A stretch of 64,000 nt of DNA from Antedon mediterranea. Its lineage: Eukaryota; Animalia; Echinodermata. Below the pieces are notes generated by a model, which saw only the letters and a program-made list of their open reading frames with translations, was not told the DNA's origin and searched no databases. Positions 36,983 to 49,658 of this stretch are shown in pieces. Each line of letters starts with the position of its first letter. Positions within the stretch are counted from its first letter, which is position 1. A program made the position numbers and the translations under genes. The DNA is taken from assembly GCF_964355755.1 (NCBI RefSeq), contig NC_092676.1, forward strand, positions 3,697,888 through 3,761,887, given 5' to 3'.

Positions 36983-37500
36983 TCGTCGTGAGTTGGTTTC
37001 AGAATGATCGTAAAATCAAAACGGTACTGGTATGACCAACTGGCGTTCTTGTCACCAACTAGTCATCCATTCATAGAAGTACTGATGTAGTAGCCTATCT
37101 GTACGGTGACCATAGAATGTGACCCAAGACATGACTAACTACGACTTTTAGTTGATAGAAGATTGAAAAAAAATTTTTAAGAAGAGTTGTACTGTATGTG
37201 GATGTTTAATGAAATTATGTCAATAATGTTTACACACTAGGCATATTAATAGTAAAGTTTGTTAGTATAAATAATTTTGAGTTAATAAGATATAAGGAAG
37301 AAAAGCAAAGAGACTATGGAGCGGCTATTCCTGAATATACAATACTTATACTAAGTATCGTAGTTTTAAATTATAAATTTTAGGCGAAACATTACTATTA
37401 ATATGCCTAGTGTGTAAACATTATTGACATAATTTCATTAAACATTATATTAATAGTAATGTTTGTTTAAGTATAGATAATTTGAGTACATACAATACAG
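36983..37500. repeat. Insertion containing a dispersed repeat (similar to ~22090-22310) and a ~57-bp inverted repeat
   Basis: Absent from the paralogous spacer at ~53135; arms at ~37203-37260 and ~37388-37444. Confidence 0.65.
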
Positions 37501-38446
37501 TATTATGTACTGAGAACAAATTCCTTTTTAGTATGAAAACAAAACACTCTGTTTTTTTCATGTTTTTTGAAAGGTAGTAATAATTTTTATTGTGTTAACA
37601 TTTTTTTCTTGAAATATACATAATCTGTTAATCATCAAAGATAGATTTTAAGTCATTTTTTTAATGTATTTGTCTTTAAAAACACGTTTGATTGCTAGTA
37701 TCAAGTTCCATATGTTTAATAGAATGCTGTTTTTTGTAAACAATTTGATGTCCATAATGGAAATATAAAAACAAATGTTGAATATAAGAAATGGGAGAAA
37801 TTATTTCCCTTATTTAAGCAGTGCATATTGCAAGAAATATATATTACATTTTGTGGGGTGGAAATTGACAAATAATAATAATAAAAACTTATTTATACTC
37901 TTCATATTATTATTTTCATTTAAACTTCAATAAATTAAATTTAATTGAATTTAATTAATTTAACTTTAATAAAATTTAATTAATTTAACTTTAATAAAAG
38001 GATTAAATGTTTCAATCCTTATTTGGTCCACATTTTCATAATTATCAGGAAATACATATTATTCTATGAACCGACCACAGATATCAAATTGCATGGTTGA
38101 ATGGGTCTAGCTCTCAGCCAATCAGAGTAAAGTTGTATTTTTTTTTACAATATTATAAGGAAGTGTATATATATTCAAAAATCATAAAGGTGCACTCTGG
38201 TATGTTATTGTAACACTATTATACAGAATACAGTAAATACCAAAACAGGAATAACGTCAGTTTCACATTTTGAGAAAGTTTCAGCTTGAAATTATTATTA
38301 AGTATCTAGTACAGTAGCCTTGAGAAACTTCTTGAAAGTTTTGGAAGAACAACTCCAACAGTATTTTGATTCAGATACAGTTTATCAAGTTTTTTTTTTA
38401 AGGCTTCAAAATCTGATTTACAAGTTTTAATTTTCAACAACAAGTG

Positions 38447-40098
38447 ATGTATAAATACAGTGTTTGCTTCCTGGTGTTGTGGATTTCATTGGTTTCAAAG
38501 ATATTTTGTAATGTTGGGTTTGTTACTAGGCCACCATCAACAGTGACTGTCTATCCAGATCAGAATGTTTCACTGCCTTGTGTTTTTAATAATTTAATTA
38601 CAAATCACTACATAGTAGAATGGACTAGTTCGCAGGGTAACATAGAACATCCAGATATTATTTCAAATGACAGAAATATTTTGTTACCAAGTACTGATAA
38701 CATTACTGAAAGTTACTCAATTCTAGGTGATGGCATGAATTTCACACTTTTTATCAAAATACCAAGTTTAATAATAGATTTTGGATCAGCTTCTAGTATC
38801 AGCACTCTTTATGCATGTTCTGTGTTTGACGCAAAAGAGAAAGATGTCCCTGTTATAACATCAACTTCAATTGTCATTATACAACCGATATTTAGAGATC
38901 CAGTTTGTTTAAAAATCAACAATACTGTTGTCATTGGAGAAACATTATCATTAGGATGTTACTCATCAGAGACATATTATGAAGTTAAAACAATTTTAAA
39001 AGTGAACAAACAAGTTTTACATACTAATTATTATGTTGGGTCCTTCAATGTTTACAACTTGACAGTAACAAAGGAACACCATAATGCAGTGTTTGTATGT
39101 GAATCAAGAAGAAAAGAAACAAATGAGACCAGAAGTTGCTCTGTTGGCCCACTCACTGTCGGCCCACTCACTGTCAACTACAAACCAGAGATTAACATCA
39201 CACAAATATCACCACTAGCATTCCACTGTACTGCAGAGGCTAGACCACCTGTTAATGAAACAGTCTGGATTATAGAATCTAGTGTTCCAAAAGATCACTT
39301 TACTATTTTATATGGGATTTTGATATTTACTGAATTGCCAAAAGTTGTTTTTGAAATAACATGTGAAGCAGAAAATCTTGTGGGAGAAGATTCCAAGTCA
39401 ATGATCATTCCATTGTTGAAAAATAATTATGAAGAAAAAATAAGAATTTACTTGATCACATTATGCGTTGTTATAACTATTAACATCCTTTTTGCAATTG
39501 TACTTTGCTACCGTAAATATAAAAAGAAACAAAATAATAACATTACTGATGATGACTATGGTGATACCACTGAAAGGCAAGAAAGACAAAATGAAGATGA
39601 ATATCAAATACCTGACAAAAGTACCAGTCAACATTACCAATCATTAACATCAGAAACAATGACTGCCAATAATGATACCACTGAAAGGCAAGAAAGACAA
39701 GATGAAGATGAATATCAAATACCTGACAAAAGTACCAGTCAACATTACCAATCATTAAAATTAGAAAAAGTTGCTACTAATAACGATACTACTTATGAAC
39801 TACTTTCACAATTGACAAAGGTCAGAGTGCAAGGGTCATGCCAGATATATACATGAGCTCTATTGATGGTGGACAAAAGATAGAAACTGTGTATGATACA
39901 GCTTACGCTGAATGTGCTGTTAACAGAGAAGATGGCACAAAACATGAAGTAATTCCTGATCAGAATGAAGAAAACACAGCTGGCGAAGTTTATGTGAATA
40001 ATCCACGTGTCAGGAAACAACAAGGACCTGTGATGAACTTTATATTGAAATCATTGATGAAAAATAGGATGGCACAAAACAGAGTGAAGAATATCTAA
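38447..40098 (+). CDS. A-type IgSF receptor G9; ectodomain and TM intact, tail frameshifted (stop at 39856)
   Basis: MYKYSVCF leader; in-frame 15-nt duplication GPLTVGPLTV; duplicated DTTERQERQ..YQIPDKSTSQHYQSL; a single A is lost at ~39798 relative to G3. Confidence 0.8.
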
Positions 40099-41183
40099 AA
40101 TTTGAATAGAAAATAATTAAACTTTCAGAAACAGATTTGCTCTTTTTTGTATATAATGCTAATACTAATACTGTGTAATAGCTTTTTAATTTGCTCATTT
40201 TTATATAATAAAGTCTGTAATAGTTTTTTAAAATCACAATTGTTTAAAATAAATCATACTTTTGCTGTAATTTCCACACACATTAAATGAAAATATTAGA
40301 AATAAATTTAATACTAAAATATTAAGTCAGTGGAATATTAGTGCAGTATTGATGCTAGTATAAATGCTTTTGTAACATAATATACAAATATACTACTTGT
40401 ATAAAATGAAAAAAAGAAGATTAATTAAATCAGACATTGAATAGGAATTTTGTAGTTTTTACAAAGTTAATCACTTCCATAGAAGGGGGGACAATATATA
40501 TTTGAAGTGCATAAATTGCAAATAATTCTGTGTTCTGTTCTTTTTTATTACAATTTTGTAATAGAATTTAATATTAACAATTTTTCTTACAAAGTATTAT
40601 ATTGGATAGTCTTACAGCACACCTATTTCCGCATCATCATGTATTGTATCCTATACATTTACCATATATTCCAACCCTTCCTATTTAACAGGAAATCTTT
40701 AAAATTCAACCAAAAATGATCATGATTTTCTTATTTTTTTATAATATTCACCATTATATAGATTTCATAAACCAGTTTAGTTTTATTTCATAAAAATATT
40801 CTTAACAGTATTTCAAATACAGCATGGGATTTTGACATACAATAATTAAATTTATCAGAGTTTATATGATGTGTACTGCCACAGAATATGAAATAACATA
40901 CTAAAAAAAAAAAAAAAAAAAACTTTATATTTTGAAAATATTTTGCATTTGTTTGGTTTCTATCATTGTTTTGTAAAAAATAGACAATAAGTTTGTTTAC
41001 CTTTACAGAAAAACTTAACCCTAGAGTCTACACTAATATAATATAATAATATCCAGGATTTATATAGCACCTAATGTAATGAAACCTCTAAGCGCTGAAC
41101 ATTCAATCAATGACGTGCTCAGGATAAGACGTGTATAGCGAGCGCTCCTCATTTGACTACAATTTACACGGCGTGTATGCATC

Positions 41184-41873
41184 ATGGCCACCAAACCCAA
41201 GACTCGCTCTCGCCCAGCCGATATTGAAAGTGCTTGTTCCAACCCTGTGGACTTTAACAATTTTGTACATGCTTCCCTAAAATCATTATTAGATGGGCAG
41301 GCAAAAATTAAAGAGGATTTGAACCAAGCTATTGGATTTAACTCGGACAGAATCGCAGCACTCGAAGAAAACGATATTATCAAGGCTAACAAGATTGGTC
41401 AACTCGAACAAACGGTTGATAAACTATCATCTACGGTTGCGAAGCTCGAACTAGAGGCCAACAAATCCGAACGCTTCAGCCGACGTAACAACGTTCGAAT
41501 TGTGGGACTTAAAGAAGAATCAGGTGAGGATTGTATTGTCTTGGCCAGGAACATTCTAATAGATAACTTTGAATTTAGTGAAATACCAACGATAGAGCGT
41601 GCACATCGAGTCGGTCCTGTACTGCCGGTGAGGCCCCGACACATTATAATTAAACTACTTAGTTATAACTCTAAAGTTCAAGTCATGAAACAGAAGAATA
41701 TTGCCTTACAAGATAAACAGTTTTACGTGATAGATGATCTGACCTTAGTGGATTATAAAGAAAAGAAGAAATGGAAATTTCAAGTTAAAGCTTTATATGA
41801 CAATGGAACTAAACTTAAATTCTCTGCTGGTAAATGGCGAACTTCTACGGGGACTCCCTATATATTCAAGTAA
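41184..41873 (+). CDS. LINE ORF1 (coiled coil + RRM, L1/Tnp_22-like)
   Basis: Heptad region followed by SRRNNVRIVGLKE, IERAHRVG, PRHIIIKL and IDDLT motifs. Confidence 0.85.
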   Translation: MATKPKTRSRPADIESACSNPVDFNNFVHASLKSLLDGQAKIKEDLNQAIGFNSDRIAALEENDIIKANKIGQLEQTVDKLSSTVAKLELEANKSERFSRRNNVRIVGLKEESGEDCIVLARNILIDNFEFSEIPTIERAHRVGPVLPVRPRHIIIKLLSYNSKVQVMKQKNIALQDKQFYVIDDLTLVDYKEKKKWKFQVKALYDNGTKLKFSAGKWRTSTGTPYIFK

Positions 41874-42405
41874 CTTTTACGGTGTTTTGAGGAACTGGGA
41901 TATGAATAGTTTCTTTTTCTCTGCCTTCTTTCATTTTGTAATGTCAGTATATTTAACCTGGCTTTGCTTGTTTAAATTCCAAGCATGTCCGCTACGTACC
42001 ATTATGCAAATTATACCTTTGCATACCCGGTTGCATACCTAATGAATTATTCTCCGTTTTATACACGGGGAGTGCAACGCTTACGCTACCTATGTATTAG
42101 TAATACGGCAGCACTAAACAGAATTGTTTTATGTTTAATTATTGTTATATTTAGTTTTTTATTTTATTATATTATTGTTAACTTTTACCTAATGTTTAAA
42201 TTATCTATGATACCTATAAATAATGTGCCAATCCAACTCTACAACTGATGTGAAATTTAACCCTTTTGTGGCATACGAGAACATGAATATTAATGAAAAT
42301 GTTGATCCACACTCTCAATTTTATGCTAGTTAAAATGAATCTAATTATTTTGATCCAGAAACATTCTCAGAGAATTTCTCTAAGCATAACAATGATAAAA
42401 ATATT

Positions 42406-45255
42406 TTGTCTACTATCCATTTTAATACACGTAGTCTCTTGGGCAAGATGGATTCTTTAAAACGTTTTCTTCTTACACTTGAATTTGACTTTGATGTTAT
42501 TGCTATTACTGAATCTTGGCTACAGTATGACAATAATCCCCTAACAGATATGCCGGGTTATAATATTTTTTCTAGAAATAGGAAATCTAAGGCGGGTGGT
42601 GGCGTAGCCCTGTACGTACGAAACAATGTATCAGTTACTGTCCGTAATGATTTAACAACAGATGAATCAATATGTGAATCGATATTTATTGAAATAGAAC
42701 AGATACATGGGAAAAATATCATCGTGGGAACAATCTATCGTGCTCCGTCTTTGAATATCAATGCATTCAATGATATCCTAGATAACCTACTTCATACTCT
42801 TTCAACTGAAAATAAGCTGGTATATCTGTTGGGTGATTTCAATATAGATATTTTGCAATATACTTATGAAACCACAACTAACAATTTTGTAAACACTCTT
42901 TTTAGCAACTTTTATTTACCGCTAATACTTAGACCTACTAGGATAACATCAAATAGTGCTACTCTTATTGATAACATATTAACCAACCAGCCTGATTTAC
43001 ACCTCGCTAGTGGTCAGCTCTATTGCGATATTTCCGATCACCTACCTGTTTTTTCTATATCTACCTTAACATACAAAAATACTCAAGCAGTCAGTAGACC
43101 TCCAAATAAACCTTTTAGGAAAATTAATGAAAATAACATCGAACAATTTAAACGAGAGCTTAGCGTAATAACATGGAACGATGTGAACTTATTGCAAGAA
43201 CCTAATCAAGCTTATAATACTTTTGAAACTAAATTAAAACTTTTATATAATAAACATTTTCCAATGACTACGCAAAGTAAAAAAAACACAAAATTGAAAC
43301 CTTGGATGTCAAATGGTCTGTTGCAATCTACTAAATATAAACACAAGTTATATGCTAAATACCTAAATAATCCTACCAATCATAATAAAATAAAATACAC
43401 TAAATTCCGTAATACCTTAAATTCACTTATTAAACGTGTTAAAACCGAATACTATCAAAACAGATTTACTCAATGTCAACATGATATTAAAGGTACTTGG
43501 CGCGTAATTAACTCCTTGATTAAAAGGTCTCCGAATTTGAATACGAAAGTTGTTCTAACAGGCAATAATGGTGAATCCATTGAAGACCCGTCTCAAATCG
43601 CAAATGAATTCAATAAGTTTTTTGTCGAAATTGGACCAACTCTTTCAAAAAAATTGCCAACCGATCAATCTGATTTTAAAACGTATTTGCCCTTACCTAC
43701 TTTAAACTCTTTATTTATGTGTCCAGTGTCTGATACAGAAATTATAGATATTGTCAAGTGTTTTAAAACTAATAAAGCGCAAGGACTTGATGAATTCAGT
43801 CCAAAAGTTATTAAACAATCAATTTCCCTTTTGGTTAAACCTCTATGTCACATATTTAATCTGTCTTTAACAAAAGGAGTTTTTCCAAATAAATTGAAAT
43901 TGGCAAGAGTTACTCCCATCTTTAAAGCAGAAAAAAAGGACACTTTATCTAATTACCGACCGATCTCAGTCCTTTCGCTATTTTCTAAAATATTAGAAAG
44001 AATTATCTATAATAGAACCTATGCCTTTATGGAAAAAAATAATATTCTATTCAATAAGCAATTTGGATTTCGCAAACATTTTGATACCGCAATGGCCTTA
44101 ATTGATTTGTCCAATGAAATAATAGATGCATTTGAAAATGATGAGTTTGCAATTGGTGTTTTTGTCGATCTATCGAAAGCATTCGATACCATTAACCATC
44201 CCATTCTTCTTTCAAAACTGTATCACTATGGTATTCGCGGTGTTCCTCTCAATTTATTTAAGAGCTATTTATCCAACCGCTACCAATGTACCAAGTTTTG
44301 TGATTCCCAATCTGACTATTTGCCTATTACCTGTGGAGTACCACAAGGTTCATTACTAGGTCCTCTTCTGTTTCTTTTATATGTGAATGATATTTACAAT
44401 TCGTCAGTATCTTTATCTTACTTTTTATATGCAGATGACACAACACTAATCTGTAAAAATCGACACTTAGAGTCGTTATTTAACACTGTAAATACAAGTT
44501 TAATTAATGTATCCGAATGGTTTCTGGCAAACAGCCTTTCTGTAAATCTAAAAAAGTGCAGCTATGTTTTGTTTAGAAGTAGTACGATGCCGATTAAATT
44601 AGGTCCATTGCAAATTAAACTAAATGGTTCTGTTCTCCCCATGGTCAATCATGCAAAATTTCTGGGTGTATCCATTGATAGTCGTCTGACATGGAAACCC
44701 CATGTTATTGAGACAGAAAACAAAATCTCAAAAAATATTGGTATAATTTGTAGACTGGCATCTTTTCTTCCACATCATATTCTCCGAACACTCTACTGCT
44801 CCCTTGTTTTGCCATATCTTTTATATTGCAATATCGTTTGGTGTAACACATTCCCATCTAATTTAAATAAACTTCAAATACTACAAAAGAAAATCATTCG
44901 AATAATTTCGAATGTTTCACCTAGAACTAGTACAGATCCTTTATTTCGTTCTCTCAAATTATTAAAATTAACAGATATTAATATTTTCCAACAATGTTTA
45001 TTTATTTACAAAAGCCAAAATGCTCTTCTTCCATCTCATTTACGCGATATGTTTTCTCCCAATTATGAATTTCACGGCTATTCCACAAGAATCCTCAATA
45101 ACCTTCATATTCCTAAACACAAAAAGACTTCTTTTCAACATAATATTAGATTTACTGGACCCAAGATATGGAACTCACTTCCTAACAAAATTACAACTTC
45201 TGCAAACAAACATAGCTTCGTCTTTAACACTAAACAATATCTAATACAAAAGTAA
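42406..45255 (+). CDS. LINE ORF2: AP endonuclease + reverse transcriptase (true start uncertain)
   Basis: NTRSL, ITESWL, GDFN, SDH; YRPISVL, DLSKAFD, GVPQGS, YADD; 949 aa open. Confidence 0.95.
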   Translation: MSTIHFNTRSLLGKMDSLKRFLLTLEFDFDVIAITESWLQYDNNPLTDMPGYNIFSRNRKSKAGGGVALYVRNNVSVTVRNDLTTDESICESIFIEIEQIHGKNIIVGTIYRAPSLNINAFNDILDNLLHTLSTENKLVYLLGDFNIDILQYTYETTTNNFVNTLFSNFYLPLILRPTRITSNSATLIDNILTNQPDLHLASGQLYCDISDHLPVFSISTLTYKNTQAVSRPPNKPFRKINENNIEQFKRELSVITWNDVNLLQEPNQAYNTFETKLKLLYNKHFPMTTQSKKNTKLKPWMSNGLLQSTKYKHKLYAKYLNNPTNHNKIKYTKFRNTLNSLIKRVKTEYYQNRFTQCQHDIKGTWRVINSLIKRSPNLNTKVVLTGNNGESIEDPSQIANEFNKFFVEIGPTLSKKLPTDQSDFKTYLPLPTLNSLFMCPVSDTEIIDIVKCFKTNKAQGLDEFSPKVIKQSISLLVKPLCHIFNLSLTKGVFPNKLKLARVTPIFKAEKKDTLSNYRPISVLSLFSKILERIIYNRTYAFMEKNNILFNKQFGFRKHFDTAMALIDLSNEIIDAFENDEFAIGVFVDLSKAFDTINHPILLSKLYHYGIRGVPLNLFKSYLSNRYQCTKFCDSQSDYLPITCGVPQGSLLGPLLFLLYVNDIYNSSVSLSYFLYADDTTLICKNRHLESLFNTVNTSLINVSEWFLANSLSVNLKKCSYVLFRSSTMPIKLGPLQIKLNGSVLPMVNHAKFLGVSIDSRLTWKPHVIETENKISKNIGIICRLASFLPHHILRTLYCSLVLPYLLYCNIVWCNTFPSNLNKLQILQKKIIRIISNVSPRTSTDPLFRSLKLLKLTDINIFQQCLFIYKSQNALLPSHLRDMFSPNYEFHGYSTRILNNLHIPKHKKTSFQHNIRFTGPKIWNSLPNKITTSANKHSFVFNTKQYLIQK

Positions 45256-45578
45256 ATTAATTAACTAGTTATATTCTAGGTATCAGTTTTTTATTGTTTT
45301 CATATTCCGTTATGGTAATTACTTTATTCCTATATACCATTTACTATTATTTACTAATTTGATTTTAGTTACTTTTTGTTTTGTTCAGGCACTTTCAACA
45401 CAAGCTTTTGCTTTTTAGAAATTGTGCCTCCTTCATAATATTGTTTTATTCATGTTAAAGATGAGAAAAAAAAATTGTATTGTTTTAACTATCTTTCTTC
45501 TCGTCATGAATTTTGTATTATATTATTTATTTTGTATATTATGAAGGAAATAAATGTTACTATGAAATGAAATGAAAA

Positions 45579-45819
45579 ATTATTACCCAAGTCATTTTTG
45601 GATCAAACATGTATGGAAACATACTTCCATAATGCAGCTAGTAATCAGCGCAAAGTTGTCTTGATCTAACTGGGTACCCATTTATACACCTGGGTGGAGA
45701 GAGGCAAACATAAGTAAAGTATCTTGCTTACAGATACAAGCAATGCGGAGAGAGTTGGATTCGAACCTCGGTCTCACGATCAGTAGTCCAACGTCCAACA
45801 AACTGTGCCACACGCCCTC
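45579..45819 (-). mobile_element. tRNA-derived SINE copy 2, 5' part (3' tail lies at ~41036-41103)
   Basis: Intact B-box GGTTCGAATCC and A-box-like TGGCACAG on the minus strand. Confidence 0.72.
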
Positions 45820-46289
45820 AAAAAAAATTCTTCATCGTCTTAGACACTAGCAAACTTGCGCAAACTCTGGGTTTTCAAAGTATATTCACAATATCATTCA
45901 ACCAAGGCAATTTAACAACAGGATGCTGAGCTCCGGAGATCAAAAGATTTATCTGTGGCTTTGACACGATCAGTTCCACCCTCCATTAGCGGACACCGCG
46001 CTCCCCAGCGAATATGTACATAACAGTACTGTTAGTATTTGTCGCAGCCAGACATAAGATCAAAGGACTGTTAGGAGTTCCTACCTTGGCAAGGTGAGCT
46101 CAGTGTTTTGCATGTGTATTGATATGGGTTTGTTAGTATTTAAAGCTTGTGGTTGGACAATATATATATTTTTTTCATACTTCTTCAACATCTTTATTGA
46201 TAGACTTTATCCAAGTCTTTAATTAAATTGTCTTTTTATGTTGGCGCTTGTAAAAATGTTCCCAATTGAATGATTCCAGCTAAAATATA

Positions 46290-48180
46290 GTTATGACACG
46301 CCATACATGCCAAAATGTTTTTCTTTCAAATCGACATCTAAACCCTGTATACCCTGATTCTGATGACCTCAATCTTACTGTCAGAAATTGTTATACTGAA
46401 TCACATAAATTGATGTATTTCCAACGCATTGTTCCCATGTGGAATCAGTTAGATCAAGTTACTAGAGAAGCACCTACGTCTTGCAGGTTTAAGCTAGGGG
46501 CTAAGAAATATTTTAACGACTTATTTACCAATACGTATGAAACTGGCAATATGTGCACATGGGTGTCCTGTTGTCGCTGCTGTAAATGTCGACCAACTTT
46601 AGTTTAATCTTAAATTATACAAATTTATAAATTACTATTTACTATATTTAAATATTTATTATAATGTTATTAACTTTTTCATTTATCATTGTGCAATTTG
46701 GGATTGAACCGTTCTAGAGGTGTTTACCACCTGTTGGTCCCATCCTTCACTCAATGTACTCTGTTCTTTATATAAGTTTTGTCTTTTTCATTTATCATTG
46801 TGCAATTTGGGATTGGACCGTTCTAGAGGTGTTTACCACCTGTTGGTCCCATCCTTCACTCAATGTACTTGGGACTGGACTGTCCTAGAGGTGTTTACCA
46901 CCTGTTGGTCCCATCCTTCACTCAATGTACTTGGGATTGGACCGTTCTAGAGGTGTTTACCACCTGTTGGTCCCATCCTTCACTCAATGTACTTGGGACT
47001 GGACCGTTCTAGAGGTGTTTACCACCTGTTGGTCCCATCCTTCACTCAATGTACTTGGGACTGGACCGTCCTAGAGGTGTTTACCACCTGTTGGTCCCAT
47101 CCTTCACTCAATGTACTTGGGATTGGACCGTTCTAGAGGTGTTTACCACCTGTTGGTCCCATCCTTCACTCAATGTACTTGTGATTGGACCGTTCTAGAG
47201 GTGTTTACCACCTGTTGGTCCCATCCTTCACTCAATGTACTCTGTTCTTTATATAAGTTTTGTCTTTTTCATTTATCATTGTGCAATTTGGGATTGGACC
47301 GTTCTAGAGGTGTTTACCACCTGTTGGTCCCATCCTTCACTCAATGTACTTGGGACTGGACCGTCCTAGAGGTGTTTACCACCTGTTGGTCCCATCCTTC
47401 ACTCAATGTACTTGGGATTGGACCGTTCTAGAGGTGTTTACCACCTGTTGGTCCCATCCTTCACTCAATGTACTTGTGATTGGACCGTTCTAGAGGTGTT
47501 TACCACCTGTTGGTCCCATCCTTCACTCAATGTACTTGGGATTAGACCATTCTAGAGGTGTTTACCACCTGTTGGTCCCATCCTTCACTCAATGTACTTG
47601 TGATTGGACCGTTCTAGAGGTGTTTACCACATGTTGGTCCCATCCTTCACTCAATGTACTTGGGACTGGACCGTCCTAGAGGTGTTTACCACCTGTTGGT
47701 CCCATCCTTCACTCAATGTACTTGGGATTGGACCGTTCTAGAGGTGTTTACCACCTGTTGGTCCCATCCTTCACTCAATGTACTTGTGATTGGACCGTTC
47801 TAGAGGTGTTTACCACCTGTTGGTCCCATCCTTCACTCAATGTACTTGGGATTGGACCATTCTAGAGGTGTTTACCACCTGTTGGTCCCATCCTTCACTC
47901 AATGTACTTGTGATTGGACCGTTCTAGAGGTGTTTACCACCTGTTGGTCCCATCCTTCACTCAATGTACTTGGGATTGGACCGTTCTAGAGGTGTTTACC
48001 ACCTGTTGGTCCCATCCTTCACTCAATGTACTTGTGATTGGACCGTCCTAGAGGTGTTTACCACCTGTTGGTCCCATCCTTCACTCAATGTACTCTGTTC
48101 TTTTTATATGTTATGTTTTTTTCTTGCTTTGTTTGTACATTTTTGTGAAAATTTGAATAAATAAAAATGAAATAAATAAG
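46290..48180 (+). mobile_element. Degenerate CR1-like LINE 3' end with its 3' UTR
   Basis: C-terminal motif YFQRIVPMWNQL; A-rich tail aataaataaaatgaaataaata at ~48156-48179; 5' limit unclear. Confidence 0.6.
46698..48093 (+). repeat. 62-bp minisatellite, 21 units, with two identical 47-bp interruptions
   Basis: Unit ttgggattggaccgttctagaggtgtttaccacctgttggtcccatccttcactcaatgtac. Confidence 0.95.
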
Positions 48181-48932
48181 CCAATCAGTGCATGATACAT
48201 AATTATCAAATGAATATTCAATAGTTGGAATGTGTTGAAAATCAAAAGATTATTTTGATTTTCAATAGTGTACACTTCCTTGTATATCTTTGAAATACAG
48301 AGGGTGCTGTTTTGACTTTCAACAAACTTTCTTTGTAAAAGAAAATATTGCTACTGTATATTAGAAATAATTATTTCGGCCTATCATGGAGTAATATGAT
48401 AATAGTATACCTCCATGCTAATTAAACTTTTTAGACAATAATAATGGAATAGAATGGCTGAGGATGAAAAAAAAACATACTGCAGAGTGCAAGAGTGTAA
48501 TTTCATTTTTCCTGCTGCAAAGCATCAAGAAATGTTAATGTTATGGTTTCAGAACCTCATCAGCTCTCAGCCCATGAGTGAACAGCAGAGGATTATCAAT
48601 ACCCAAAAAAAAAACTGCAGGTACAGTCCTTTAACAAAACTCAAACCTTTCAAATGGATCTTATGGTTGACCGAGTCTGATCAACTGTTAATACTTGTAG
48701 TTCAAAGAAGAACATTTCTAAAATTTGTATCACAATTCCAAATTGCAAGATATTGACAACTGCTCCTGTAACAAGCAATCAAAATTATTTATTTTATATA
48801 TGCTCAATACTATTAAAAAACCCCCTTCAAAAACTTTTTTTTTAAATATTTTTAATATCCTGTTCCATGTTGGGTGTAGTTTGTAATGTGTAAGGCTAAC
48901 AGTATTCTACTGGCAGATACCTGCTTTTACTT

Positions 48933-49658
48933 GCAAATGCAAAATTGATTTTAGGAAAATTAAAGAACCCTTAGAACCTCTGATTATAAATGAAAATGTG
49001 ATTGAAGTAGTAAATGAGTACAAATATCTGGGTTGTATAATTGACAATAAGCTAAATTGGATAAATAATGTAAATAAAGCCACATGCAAAGCCAACCAAA
49101 GGATGTTTATTTTAAGAAAAATGAAGTACCTACAAATTGACAAAACTATACTTAAATTGTTTTATAACTCTGTAATTCTCAGTGTAATACTTTTTTGTAA
49201 TGTTTGTTTTTATGGTAATACAATGCAAAAAGATAAAATTAAACTTAATCGAATAGGAAATAGAGCAATTAGACTAGTAGGAGAGCACTTACCTGATGTT
49301 GAATCCTTGTATAAAGAAAATGTGTTAAAAAAAGTAAAAAGTATCATTGATGATGAAACACATCCTCTTCACAAACAATTTGCTCTCATGAATTCTGGCA
49401 TAAGACTACGTGCACTTAATACCAAAACAAAACGGTTTAGGTGCTCGTTTGTACCTAATGCTATACACTTATATAACTCCAGAGTACAAAGGTAAAATGT
49501 AACCGATAATTTTTATCTAATTTTAACAATTTTTAGCCTCTTAACTTTTTGTGTGTGTTCTTGTAAATTGTATTTTATATTTTTGTATTTTGCCAGTTTT
49601 CAAATCACATTTCTGTTTTTTAAATGGACAATAAAGTATATATGACTATGACTATGAC
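48933..49658 (+). mobile_element. 5'-truncated LINE (Rex1/L2-like RT C-terminus)
   Basis: YKYLG..DNKLNW..QRMFILRK..HPLH..RFRCSFVPNAI; (TATGAC)3 tail; flanked by TACTT; empty site at ~5940. Confidence 0.85.

Larger units (their letters stand above)
41104..45578 (+). mobile_element. Near full-length two-ORF LINE (CR1/L2/Crack group) inserted into SINE copy 2
   Basis: The empty paralogous site at ~3545 (gctgaacattattaccc) gives the boundaries with an ATT duplication; (TGAAA)n tail. Confidence 0.92.

Noticed and set aside
45750-45819. tRNA gene
   Set aside because: A/B-box sequence continues into a SINE body and tail; no convincing cloverleaf.
46698-48093. CRISPR-like array
   Set aside because: Units abut with no unique spacers, there are no cas genes, and the context is eukaryotic.
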